Below, piece by piece: positions 52,653 to 61,392 of a DNA stretch of 64,000 nt. Positions within the stretch are counted from its first letter, which is position 1, and the number at the start of each line of letters is the position of its first letter. The translations under genes and the position numbers were made by a program. The notes under the pieces were generated by a model. The model was not told the DNA's origin and searched no databases. It saw nothing but the letters and a program-made list of their open reading frames with translations. Source of the DNA: a virus; IMG/VR virus record IMGVR_UViG_3300045988_150584, one strand, 5' to 3'.

Positions 52653-52669
52653 GGAGGTTGCTAAACAAC
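52653..52669 (+). promoter_or_regulatory. Leader motif instance GGAGGTTGCTAAACAAC
   Basis: Directly precedes GTG 52671. Confidence 0.35.
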
Positions 52670-52670
52670 G

Positions 52671-54281
52671 GTGAAACAACTGATTTATCGCGTCGCGCTC
52701 TACATGCGATTGAGCCGAGACGATGAAGATTACGGAGAAAGCGTTAGTATTGAAACCCAGCGCAAAATCATCACACAATTTGCTAACGAACAGCACTTCA
52801 TTATAGTTGACGAGTACATTGATGATGGTTGGAGTGGTACGAACTTTGATCGTCCAGCATTCCAACGCATGATGGAAGATGTTGAGTCCGGAAAGGTGAA
52901 TTGCATTATTACCAAGGATCTCTCCCGCCTTGGTCGTGAGCATATCATGATGGACTATTATCTGGAATTCTACTTTCCAGAAAAGCGAATCCGCTATATT
53001 GCCGTCACAGAAAATGAAGATACGGAAAAAGGCTTGTCTGACTTCGTTCCGTTCAAGAACCTATTCAATGAATGGTTTGCAAAGGATACAAGCCGTAAAG
53101 TCAAAGCCGCTTTCAAAGCAAAGTTTGCTGCTGGAGATCGTATTTGCGCATATGTTAAAATCGGATATAAGCGGCATCCAGAGATTAAAAACCGTATTGT
53201 GCCAGATGAAGAAACAAGGTGGATACCTGAGAAAATCTTTGATTTGGCTTATCACGGTGCTGGAGCTGCTAAAATTACAAGGACTCTAATTGCAGAGAAA
53301 GTTCCTACGCCGTCCTGGATTAACTACCAGAGATTCGGGACATTCGCTCATGTATATCAAAATGCCTCAGAAGAAAAACGGTACGCATGGACGGTTGCAC
53401 AAGTTAAGTACATCTTGAAAGATGAAACCTACATTGGGAATACAGTTCACTACAAACAGACGAACATATCTTTCAAGAACAAGAAACGCATTCGCAAGCC
53501 AGAAGATGAATGGTGGAGAATAGAAAACACTCACGAGGGATTGATTCCAAAGGAGATGTTTGATTCTGTTCAGGCGCAAATTGCCACCAGACGTCGGATG
53601 CAGAAAGATCATACAACGCAGATCTTCTCCGGACTTGTCAAATGTGCCGATTGCGGATGGTCAATGCGTTTCGGTACGAACAGGCAAAACAAAAACCCAT
53701 ACAGCCACTACACATGCAGCAAGTATGGGCAAGTAGGAATTCATTGTTCTGCGCACTATATCCGATACGATGTACTGTATGCCTATGTGCTATCAAGAAT
53801 TCAGTATTGGGCGACACAAGCCGTACAAGACGAGGATGCTCTTTTAGAAAGGCTTCTTCAAACTGGCAATGCAAAGCAGAATGCCGAGCGAAAAAAGATC
53901 GCTGACGATTTGAAGAGAGCTGAAAAACGGCAAAAGGAATTGGACAACCTTTTCGCCAAGCTATACGAAGATCGAATTGCTGAAAGAATTACAGAGCGAA
54001 ACTTCATTATGCTGTCTGCAAAATATCAGGAAGAGCAAAATGCTTTGGACGGTAAGATAGACCTACTTAATGGGCAAATCAGTGAAAATTCTGAGCGATA
54101 TAGCAATATTGAAACTTGGGTGAAACTGATTAAGCAGTACGCATCTCCAACGGAATTAGACTCAATTTTACTCAATGCTCTTGTGGAAAAAATCACAGTC
54201 CACGAGGCAGTTAAACACGAAGATGGAAGTCGAGAGCAAGAGGTCGAGATTTTCTATAAGTTTGTAGGAAAGATCGACTGA
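52671..54281 (+). CDS. large serine recombinase (phage integrase)
   Basis: YMRLSRDDEDYGESVSIETQ resolvase catalytic N-terminus, recombinase domain, CADCGW...C zinc ribbon, coiled coil. Confidence 0.9.
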   Translation: MKQLIYRVALYMRLSRDDEDYGESVSIETQRKIITQFANEQHFIIVDEYIDDGWSGTNFDRPAFQRMMEDVESGKVNCIITKDLSRLGREHIMMDYYLEFYFPEKRIRYIAVTENEDTEKGLSDFVPFKNLFNEWFAKDTSRKVKAAFKAKFAAGDRICAYVKIGYKRHPEIKNRIVPDEETRWIPEKIFDLAYHGAGAAKITRTLIAEKVPTPSWINYQRFGTFAHVYQNASEEKRYAWTVAQVKYILKDETYIGNTVHYKQTNISFKNKKRIRKPEDEWWRIENTHEGLIPKEMFDSVQAQIATRRRMQKDHTTQIFSGLVKCADCGWSMRFGTNRQNKNPYSHYTCSKYGQVGIHCSAHYIRYDVLYAYVLSRIQYWATQAVQDEDALLERLLQTGNAKQNAERKKIADDLKRAEKRQKELDNLFAKLYEDRIAERITERNFIMLSAKYQEEQNALDGKIDLLNGQISENSERYSNIETWVKLIKQYASPTELDSILLNALVEKITVHEAVKHEDGSREQEVEIFYKFVGKID

Positions 54282-54441
54282 AAGACCAATATCTTTAAGT
54301 ATGTGAATGGGGGGATTCACTTAGTTAAAGATACCATTTGAAACAGCTCGCACTTTAGCTTACAAATTATTATATTGAGCTTATTATACCAGCGCGAAAT
54401 GGTGTCATAATCTGAGTACAATAACAAATGCGTAAAAAATA

Positions 54442-54470
54442 GGGTACAGAAATAAATCTGTACCCTTATT
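54442..54470 (+). terminator. Hairpin GGGTACAGA-AATAAA-TCTGTACCC plus T-rich tail
   Basis: 9-bp stem downstream of the recombinase gene. Confidence 0.55.
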
Positions 54471-54497
54471 GAAAAGAAACCATCTCCATGATATATT
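54469..54497 (+). promoter_or_regulatory. Candidate promoter TTGAAA-17-TATATT
   Basis: TTGAAA 54469-54474, 17-nt spacer, TATATT 54492-54497. Confidence 0.45.
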
Positions 54498-54641
54498 TAT
54501 ATGCGGATAGCCTGAGCGCTTTCATAACAGAATCCTTCCACCTCACGTATGGGAATAACGGTTCATCTACCCGAACCCGTCTGTTACAGCAGACAGAGCG
54601 CCTTGTGCGCAGGGTAGTAACTACGGAAGGAGGAAACTGCT

Positions 54642-54716
54642 ATGGCGAAAGTCAAAGTAGAAGTGAAAGTAGCGGTCAAAAAGACTGTGAAGCGTCGCGT
54701 CATCGTCCGTCGATGA
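54642..54716 (+). CDS. 24-aa highly basic peptide MAKVKVEVKVAVKKTVKRRVIVRR
   Basis: Strong RBS GGAAGGAGG 54625-54633, 8 nt before ATG; structured leader with anti-SD CCTTCC; terminator follows. Confidence 0.4.
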   Translation: MAKVKVEVKVAVKKTVKRRVIVRR

Positions 54717-54774
54717 GCGGTGTAGCTCAGGCTATTCATATTAAATTATCTGAAAATGTATTTGATTATTTGTA

Positions 54775-54808
54775 GGGTGCAGAGCAAATCTGCACCCTTG
54801 TTTTGTTT
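54775..54808 (+). terminator. Rho-independent terminator GGGTGCAGA-GCAAA-TCTGCACCC plus TTGTTTTGTTT
   Basis: 9-bp stem followed by a T tract. Confidence 0.7.
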
Positions 54809-54863
54809 CCTCGTTTGAAGAAACTTCACCAGAATGACTCTGGGCAATCTTGCCGATCTAAAA

Positions 54864-55427
54864 TCACTTTCTGCTGTGCATCAGCTCAGCAATTCCACTT
54901 GTATCATCCATCTCGATAATGCCAAGCAAATTCATTTCTGGTTGCACAACACTGTGCATATAACCGTTGCCATTCATGTTCTCATAGTCTGCGAAACACT
55001 CCCAGAATGTTTCTGACTCCATACGAGTCCACTCTTGACGCGGGTTATGCTCCTTGCTCGTGTAATAACGATAATTTTGGAGCAGTCTGTCGCGTAGTTT
55101 ATTACGCTCTCTACGCTGGGAATTCTCTTCCATCTGCAATAAGCGGCAGGTGTGTTCATCCTGCGCCTTACGCAGCTCTTGGATTTCACTTTCCAGCTTT
55201 TCTTGAATCTTAATGCTTTGTTGACGATATTCGGGGTACTTACGCACAGCTTCAAGTGCCTCTTTCAGCTCTTTGTCCTTTTCTTTCTCGGCTTCGTATT
55301 TCTTAATAAGATAATCTCTGATCTTCTTATAAGTCATACCAAGGAAAACGGCTGCAAGAGCAACGGTAATCACATTGGAAACCGTAATGTTCCCGAAAGT
55401 CTTTAGAAACTCTTCGAGTCCAGTCAT
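54864..55427 (-). CDS. membrane-anchored coiled-coil protein
   Basis: ORF track 187 aa; N-terminal TM VITVALAAVFLGM. Confidence 0.6.
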   Translation of the reverse strand: MTGLEEFLKTFGNITVSNVITVALAAVFLGMTYKKIRDYLIKKYEAEKEKDKELKEALEAVRKYPEYRQQSIKIQEKLESEIQELRKAQDEHTCRLLQMEENSQRRERNKLRDRLLQNYRYYTSKEHNPRQEWTRMESETFWECFADYENMNGNGYMHSVVQPEMNLLGIIEMDDTSGIAELMHSRK

Positions 55428-55455
55428 AAAGTACCTCCAATCTGCTCAAACCTAA

Positions 55456-55770
55456 TTAAGCTTTTGGGGCATTTACGACCTTGCTCATATTGCACAGACT
55501 ATCAATCAAATCACTAATTGCATCCATGTCAATATCGTAGTCGATGGTATCAGCAGATGCCTTTACCATTGCAAGCACCCACTCCTTACGCTCAGCGCCA
55601 GTCTCAAACTTAGTCTCTGCGGTCTGCATAAGGTTCATTACCATATTCAGCACCTTAGACCAGTTCTTTTCTCGGATTGCTTTCTGAACATATTTTACCA
55701 ACTCAACTACAAGAGGAATTGCGGCAGCTAAACCGGCCAGAGCAGAAACAAGAATCTTTACCCATTCCAT
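55456..55770 (-). CDS. holin-like small membrane protein
   Basis: ORF track 104 aa; single N-terminal TM. Confidence 0.5.
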   Translation of the reverse strand: MEWVKILVSALAGLAAAIPLVVELVKYVQKAIREKNWSKVLNMVMNLMQTAETKFETGAERKEWVLAMVKASADTIDYDIDMDAISDLIDSLCNMSKVVNAPKA

Positions 55771-55784
55771 ATTGCGTGTCCTCC

Positions 55785-55824
55785 TAACAAATAAAAAAAT
55801 AACAGTAGCCGGCAGACTACTGTT
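55785..55824 (-). terminator. Hairpin AACAGTAG-8 nt-CTACTGTT with a T run on the - strand
   Basis: 8-bp stem 55801-55824; A-rich 55785-55800 on + is a T run on -. Confidence 0.55.
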
Positions 55825-55835
55825 ATTTTCTCAAA

Positions 55836-56195
55836 TTAAATAGCTGGACTTTCCCAGCTCGATCCGTCATCATTTACTGCGTCAGACATTGCCATTGCAA
55901 ATTTGATGCCGTCTCCATTTCCACCAACATTTTCAGCTTCGCTTTTATGAACGATTTTACTTAGCACAATGCTACAAGCTGTACCAATCGGCGTAAACAC
56001 CACCGTCCAGCACATCAGAGCGCCAGTATATCCGGTTCTAATGCTTTCGTTGGCAAGATAAAAGCCGCCAGCCAAGCCAGCAGCCAAAAACAAAAGTATG
56101 TAAATCGCAAGCCGATTGCTAAAGCCAAGCGAAACAAGATGCTGGATAAGACCTTTCTTTTTCTTGCGACGCTTCACTTTACGCTTAACAGCCAT
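55836..56195 (-). CDS. holin-like multi-TM protein
   Basis: ORF track 119 aa; basic N-terminus and hydrophobic segments; directly downstream of the endolysin. Confidence 0.55.
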   Translation of the reverse strand: MAVKRKVKRRKKKKGLIQHLVSLGFSNRLAIYILLFLAAGLAGGFYLANESIRTGYTGALMCWTVVFTPIGTACSIVLSKIVHKSEAENVGGNGDGIKFAMAMSDAVNDDGSSWESPAI

Positions 56196-57535
56196 TACGC
56201 TTTACCCATCAATTTTGCAAAACGATAGAATAGCGCTGCGGCCTGCTCTCTCGTAAGCTGATCTGCCCAAGCATAATTCGGCTCTCCATTTGCATTGTTT
56301 CCAGTACCACCAATGAGACCGTTTGCGATTGCCCACTCACGAGCGTCCTTACTCCAAGTACCACAATCGTTGTCCTGAAGCTCTGCACGATACTCTTTCA
56401 TCAACTCTTTGAATCTATCCAAAGTCATATCTTCATCCTCCTGTTCTACACTTTCACCAACAAGCGACCAATCTGGTCTACCGTACCCACAAATATATGT
56501 AGCGGTAAGATTATAGGATTTGGCTCTTACGCATCCACCATTAGGAACAACGCCAGAAGCGCTTGATGTATTTCCCTCAATCGTATAGACTTTGCCATTT
56601 CCAACAGCAATAACAAGTCCGGTGTGATAAGATGTTGCTCCGCCATCGTTAGTGAAGAAAATCTGATCGCCGGCCTGAGGATTGCTTTTATGGAACTGCC
56701 CCTTTTGCTTATAATACTGAACAGAATAGGTACATCCAGCTCCAGCACCGCCATATGGCTGACACAGCAGCTTCATAGCAAGATCTACTCCAAATGTCTT
56801 GATAAAACACCAGTCAACAAAAACATCACACCAAGCATAGCCGTTCTTTTTGCCATTGTAAATGTTCCCGATGTTATCCAAATCACGGGCGTACTTTGTC
56901 CAGTTGTTGCTACCGGCATTTGCAGTTTTACTATCAAGCTGGGCATTCGTTGCCTTTTCCAAATAGCCCTCTTCTGCCTTTGCCGTCGCAATAAGTCTTT
57001 CAATCGCAGTCAAACTACCAACTCCTTCCTTTGTCGTACTCTGCGCAAACTTGTCATAATAAGCTTGTCCATAGCTTGCACGTTTGTTTTGAACGGCTTC
57101 GCTTTGGTTAGCAGGTCGTTCATACTGTAATAGCACAGCGTTAGATGCTTCAAAAACGGACGTCGCAGACTGCAGCGTTTTCCACACAGTAGGATATCCG
57201 GAAAGCTCCTTGCAGAGAAATTCAAGCTGCATGTCCAAATCACCGATTGATTTTCCGACGCTTCGTGCGTAATTCAATAGGTTTTGCTTTCGACTCCAAT
57301 ATGTCCATTGGGCAAGCCCATAACCGGCAGCATCCTTGACAAAGTTTGTATAGCTGCCATTATCAACGGCTTGCGTATAGCTTTGATCTGTAAAATTAAG
57401 CTTCTTCTCATATGAGTTTTGAAGATTGATAGGGCTTAATCCAGACTCGGCGTATAGATTTCCCATCAGCCCAGATACACCAAAATCAGTAAAACCTTTT
57501 GACTTTAAGAATTTCCAGATTTTTTCTTCATTCAT
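56195..57535 (-). CDS. endolysin (lysozyme-like N-domain, CHAP/NlpC-like domain, C-terminal wall-binding-like domain)
   Basis: GVSGLMGNLYAESGL; GYAWCDVFV...SYHTGLVIAV; C-terminal NGLIGG...LTREQAAALFYRF. Confidence 0.8.
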   Translation of the reverse strand: MNEEKIWKFLKSKGFTDFGVSGLMGNLYAESGLSPINLQNSYEKKLNFTDQSYTQAVDNGSYTNFVKDAAGYGLAQWTYWSRKQNLLNYARSVGKSIGDLDMQLEFLCKELSGYPTVWKTLQSATSVFEASNAVLLQYERPANQSEAVQNKRASYGQAYYDKFAQSTTKEGVGSLTAIERLIATAKAEEGYLEKATNAQLDSKTANAGSNNWTKYARDLDNIGNIYNGKKNGYAWCDVFVDWCFIKTFGVDLAMKLLCQPYGGAGAGCTYSVQYYKQKGQFHKSNPQAGDQIFFTNDGGATSYHTGLVIAVGNGKVYTIEGNTSSASGVVPNGGCVRAKSYNLTATYICGYGRPDWSLVGESVEQEDEDMTLDRFKELMKEYRAELQDNDCGTWSKDAREWAIANGLIGGTGNNANGEPNYAWADQLTREQAAALFYRFAKLMGKA

Positions 57536-57549
57536 TTATATCACCGCCC

Positions 57550-57975
57550 TTAAACCAGCATATAATGCGGCTTCTCTTCTCCGAAAAACCAATATCGAAA
57601 ATAATCGTCAAGTATAATAGCCACGACAGACAACCCAACCCAAGCAAAGAAAAACGGCAAGCAAATTTGCCCCATCAAATTAAGCGGTAGATTTGAATAG
57701 TCCCACACATTTAATCCAAGCCAAACATTCACAATTAAGCCTGTAATAAATTCAAGAGTGGTTACAAGTACACCGCCAATTAAAGCCTGCCATACAATAC
57801 CAAGTTCCCACGGAAACAGTTCGTTGATTAAACCGATAGAAACAAAACACATACCGCCAAGAATAAACATGGAAATATGACTATGACCGCGCCAAAGTAG
57901 TTCGATCAAAACATAGGCAGCACCGCCAATAACAAACAGTGCTGCCAGTTTGAAAAATGTCTTCAGATTACGCAT
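57550..57975 (-). CDS. 4-TM membrane protein
   Basis: ORF track 141 aa. Confidence 0.6.
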   Translation of the reverse strand: MRNLKTFFKLAALFVIGGAAYVLIELLWRGHSHISMFILGGMCFVSIGLINELFPWELGIVWQALIGGVLVTTLEFITGLIVNVWLGLNVWDYSNLPLNLMGQICLPFFFAWVGLSVVAIILDDYFRYWFFGEEKPHYMLV

Positions 57976-58567
57976 TTGCCGCGCTGCTCAGACGAGCAAT
58001 AATTGCTTGCATTTGTTCATTTGCAACAGCAAGCTTCTCATTCATTTCGGTATTATACGGATCTGGCAAAGTCATTCCATATACAATTGATGTGACAGCT
58101 TCAACACTATCCAAAGATTGTACATAGGCTTTCAGTTCATTGTGATATGTTGTCTGTGTCGTAATAAGCGTTTGCGCAGCAATGTAAATCGTTGCGATTT
58201 CCGACGCTGTATAGATACGGCAAACGCCACCATCAGCCTGATACGGGAATTCAGTTCCACCAAGCTCTACAACGCGGAACAAGTTTGCGATATTTGCCTG
58301 ATCTTCCGTACTCAGATTAAAATGAACTGTTTCGCCATTGAGAGTAAGATCAACGCCGTTTACAATAGTTTCGTTGCAAGCAATCGAAATCTCCTTCAAC
58401 TTTGCCGCACGGACAATTGGTAAAGTATCTTCACCGCCAATGATTTCAACAGCATCGTCAAGTGTGATCCAGCCGTTCGCAACTGCTTTAAGCAAGCCGT
58501 TCGCACTAATGCAAGGCGTAATGCCAGCCTGCCCATTCTGGTATAGTTCTCTAAGCTTCTCTTTCAT
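57968..58567 (-). CDS. hypothetical protein (fibre-associated?)
   Basis: ORF track 199 aa. Confidence 0.6.
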   Translation of the reverse strand: MKEKLRELYQNGQAGITPCISANGLLKAVANGWITLDDAVEIIGGEDTLPIVRAAKLKEISIACNETIVNGVDLTLNGETVHFNLSTEDQANIANLFRVVELGGTEFPYQADGGVCRIYTASEIATIYIAAQTLITTQTTYHNELKAYVQSLDSVEAVTSIVYGMTLPDPYNTEMNEKLAVANEQMQAIIARLSSAANA

Positions 58568-58569
58568 TG

Positions 58570-58842
58570 TTATCCCTCCAAAATCGTTTGAATCATTTCA
58601 TTGATTGCGGACTGTTGATGGGATACAGCAGTCCCGCCGTCAATCTCTGATACAATAACGGTTTCTGCATTCTGGATTTCATCATGACCAATCAAACCAT
58701 AGGTTGTTCCATCAAACACAACGCCAGTTGCATTCTCTTTCTTGGCAATGGCAAAATCGCCGCTGCTACCAATCTTCACATATGTAACAGTCTCGACCAT
58801 ACCAAGTTCTTTTCCATCTGAAACTTTAACAATACGATACAT
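58570..58842 (-). CDS. hypothetical protein
   Basis: ORF track 90 aa. Confidence 0.6.
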   Translation of the reverse strand: MYRIVKVSDGKELGMVETVTYVKIGSSGDFAIAKKENATGVVFDGTTYGLIGHDEIQNAETVIVSEIDGGTAVSHQQSAINEMIQTILEG

Positions 58843-59244
58843 TTATTTGCCCTCCTTTACTCCAATCAGATTTGCAATATACCGTAGTACATCAATATCG
58901 GCATTATAAAAATCATGATTCCAAAGCCATGTATCGTCGCACTCTTGGCGACGGTATCTTTGACAAATGGAATCGTCTGCTACCTTTTCACAACGCTCAT
59001 CGTGCTTCGTATCTTTTTTCTCAAGCGCCGTCTGGATACTGCTTGTGAGTTTACCTCTGAGCATTCCATTACCATCGTCATTTCTGGCAAAAAACTGGTG
59101 TGCATTTCTGGAAAATACACTGCAAATTTGCTTGCCATTGTAATAAATAACATTACCGACAGACTCGCATTCGCTCATAGCTGGAATATTCACACTATCG
59201 CAAACAGAAGTGTGTCTAAATCTTCTATGTACAATGTACTGCAT
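58843..59244 (-). CDS. hypothetical protein
   Basis: ORF track 133 aa; overlaps the RT 3' end by 20 nt. Confidence 0.55.
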   Translation of the reverse strand: MQYIVHRRFRHTSVCDSVNIPAMSECESVGNVIYYNGKQICSVFSRNAHQFFARNDDGNGMLRGKLTSSIQTALEKKDTKHDERCEKVADDSICQRYRRQECDDTWLWNHDFYNADIDVLRYIANLIGVKEGK

Positions 59245-60406
59245 CTTTTAATCTCTCCATTGCTCTGAAATTTTCTATGTTTTCTGCTGAAAAGCCATAG
59301 ATAGCATAAAAGAGCCGCCGCAACCTCAACACTCGTTGATGATTTTGATAGCTCTCTAAATACGCAAGCATCCCATTTACAGAAGTCCATAAATCCTCGT
59401 AGGACATTTCGCCATTTTGCACTTTCTCATAGAATGCTTTGATTTTGTGTCTGGTACGCTTGAAACTTCCTCGATTACCAGTCTCAATAACACGACCGCT
59501 TTCCGTCAAGGTATATTTCGCCTTACAATAACGAAACGGCTTGGAGAGCGGGACAATTCTGGATTTTTCTTTACTGATGGTCAGATCCAGTTCTGACGCT
59601 TTTTGAACAATGAGACGCATGATCTCCTTTGGATCTTGATTTGGAGGAACTATAATATAGTAGTCATCCATATAATGACCAGCGCATTTAATAGAGAGCT
59701 GGCATTTAATGTAGTTATCAAGCGGAGATGGGAAAGCAATCATTTCAGCCTGACTCGGCTCAACTCCAAGTGGCATACCTTTATCACCGGTGCTTGATGC
59801 AACAATATCATCACCAAGCTTGCACAAATCATAATCATGAATCAGCTTGTTATGACGGGCGTAGATAACACGGTGCGATGCACTTGGAAAGAATTGTTTG
59901 TAGTCTAAAAGAATTATGCTTCCATTTCTCCCATAGCGCTTAAAATGATAATGCAAATCCTCGCGCAAAAGTCTTTTAGAGAAATGAAAACCTTTGCCTG
60001 GGAGACTTGCTCCGTTATTCCAAATCATATCTGGCAGATATAAAGGCAAAAGGACTTTCTTTGTATAAACCTTGTGTATCTGTCTATCTTGAATGCGAGG
60101 TGCGTCAATTGGTCTTGTTTTACCGCGCTCAGAGATAACGAAATGGACATATGGGCATGGTTTCCACATTTTATCCAGTATTAGTTTTCTCCGTCGCGCC
60201 GTGCCGGAAAACAAGTGCATTTCAAATCTTTGTGCGCTGTTCTTCCAACGCACACCATTACAGCATTGCTTTCCTGCCTTGTATAAGTCGCCGTAGGAAA
60301 ATACATCTGACATCGTTCCTACAGCAAGACTTCGTTCTTGTTTCTTGCGCCATCTCTCGGCTTTCCGTCGTTGGAATCTTGCCTCATGACGCTCTTTGCT
60401 TGTCAT
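59225..60406 (-). CDS. DGR-type reverse transcriptase
   Basis: YMDDYYII (YxDD) and GVEPSQ (DGR-typical GxxxSQ). Confidence 0.9.
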   Translation of the reverse strand: MTSKERHEARFQRRKAERWRKKQERSLAVGTMSDVFSYGDLYKAGKQCCNGVRWKNSAQRFEMHLFSGTARRRKLILDKMWKPCPYVHFVISERGKTRPIDAPRIQDRQIHKVYTKKVLLPLYLPDMIWNNGASLPGKGFHFSKRLLREDLHYHFKRYGRNGSIILLDYKQFFPSASHRVIYARHNKLIHDYDLCKLGDDIVASSTGDKGMPLGVEPSQAEMIAFPSPLDNYIKCQLSIKCAGHYMDDYYIIVPPNQDPKEIMRLIVQKASELDLTISKEKSRIVPLSKPFRYCKAKYTLTESGRVIETGNRGSFKRTRHKIKAFYEKVQNGEMSYEDLWTSVNGMLAYLESYQNHQRVLRLRRLFYAIYGFSAENIENFRAMERLKDAVHCT

Positions 60407-60638
60407 AAATAGTTATTCGCCTTTCGTACAGTTGTAATATAGAGTGCGCCTAAACTGCTTTGCCTTGACACATGAAATAGGATTAAGCACAATATCCTCC
60501 CACCATGCAAGAAGCGTCCGTGCAAAAGCATCAAAAGAGCGGTTTTGGGTTTTATCCACGGGAAACATTTCTCCTTTCGCAAAGGTCTCCTTCATCCTCA
60601 AAAGGACTACCGTATTTGACCATACCTAAAAGGGTTGC

Positions 60639-60764
60639 GAAATCGGGGGCGAGGCCATTGGAATTCCTGGCGTTGTTGTTGTTCGCGTTGCCGTTCGTGT
60701 TCACATTGCAGAAGTTGTTGCTGTTGTTGTAGTACGGAGAACGCTCCCACCAATTCGCAGTGGA
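60639..60764 (-). repeat. DGR template repeat (TR)
   Basis: Aligns with 61402-61527 at a fixed offset of 763. Reads NWWERSPYYNNSNNFCNVNTNGNANNNNARNSNG on the - strand (AAC-rich). Confidence 0.9.
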
Positions 60765-60857
60765 CAGCGGGAATCCCCAAAGCCGACAGGTTTTACAGAA
60801 ATGCACCCAATTTTTATGATCTGGTAAGCAAAGCCCAATTTTCGTTGGTAGATATAA

Positions 60858-61313
60858 TTAGCGGTCTTTGTCGCTCTTTAATGTATTTGTCAAAAGACCG
60901 TTTTCGGAATCAATCAGCTCACCAAGCGATTGCGCCATATTTTCAAGAATTTCTTTTGCTCTTGCTGGCTTAACTGGATTTCCATTTGATGTTGTAAAGC
61001 ATCCCTCCGGATTCAGCATCATAATGTCATAGCAATGAGATAGCTCAACATCCAAAGCCATCAATGCAGCTCTTGATTCTAAAAGGTGCTGCTTGCGCAA
61101 CTCCTTTCTGGTATGATCCGATGGAAAGATACTGTTTGCCTTTTCTGCATTCACGAGAACTTCTGACGCAAGATGTGATACATCGTTAGCCATCAGTCTT
61201 GAAAATCTTGCAGAAAGTCGAGATAAGAAGTTAATCGTTTCCACATAAATCTTGTTTGCAGTATTCACAAACTCAGCTTTGCTTTCAGATCTATGTGCTT
61301 TTAATACCGACAT
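60858..61313 (-). CDS. avd: Avd-like accessory variability determinant (four-helix-bundle family)
   Basis: 151 aa helical basic protein between target and TR, the position typical of DGR avd. Confidence 0.75.
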   Translation of the reverse strand: MSVLKAHRSESKAEFVNTANKIYVETINFLSRLSARFSRLMANDVSHLASEVLVNAEKANSIFPSDHTRKELRKQHLLESRAALMALDVELSHCYDIMMLNPEGCFTTSNGNPVKPARAKEILENMAQSLGELIDSENGLLTNTLKSDKDR

Positions 61314-61356
61314 AAATAGAACTCCTTTTTATATTTTGAAAAACAAAAAGAAACCC

Positions 61357-61372
61357 GCCCTCTTTCGAGGGC
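61357..61372 (-). promoter_or_regulatory. GC hairpin GCCCTC-GAAA-GAGGGC downstream of VR (DGR homing hairpin and/or terminator)
   Basis: 6-bp stem, GAAA loop on the coding strand, followed by a T run on the - strand. Confidence 0.6.
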
Positions 61373-61392
61373 AGGATTCTCTTGATATGGGA

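Noticed and set aside
54567-54617. Purine-riboswitch-like three-way junction in the leader of the 24-aa ORF
   Set aside because: The loop sizes and junction sequences do not match the purine-riboswitch consensus as I recall it. It is kept only as an unclassified structured leader.
54719-54735. GCGGTGTAGCTCAGG, resembling a tRNA 5' end, near the presumed attP
   Set aside because: Similarity stops after about 16 nt and there is no T arm downstream. That is insufficient to call a tRNA fragment or an attachment core.
54488-54775. 95-aa plus-strand ORF
   Set aside because: It has no RBS and implausible composition. The same interval is better explained by promoter, leader, short ORF and terminator.
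60552-60806. 84-aa ORF reading NWWERSPYYNNSNNF...
   Set aside because: This is the DGR template repeat, a non-coding copy of the VR, and not a protein gene.
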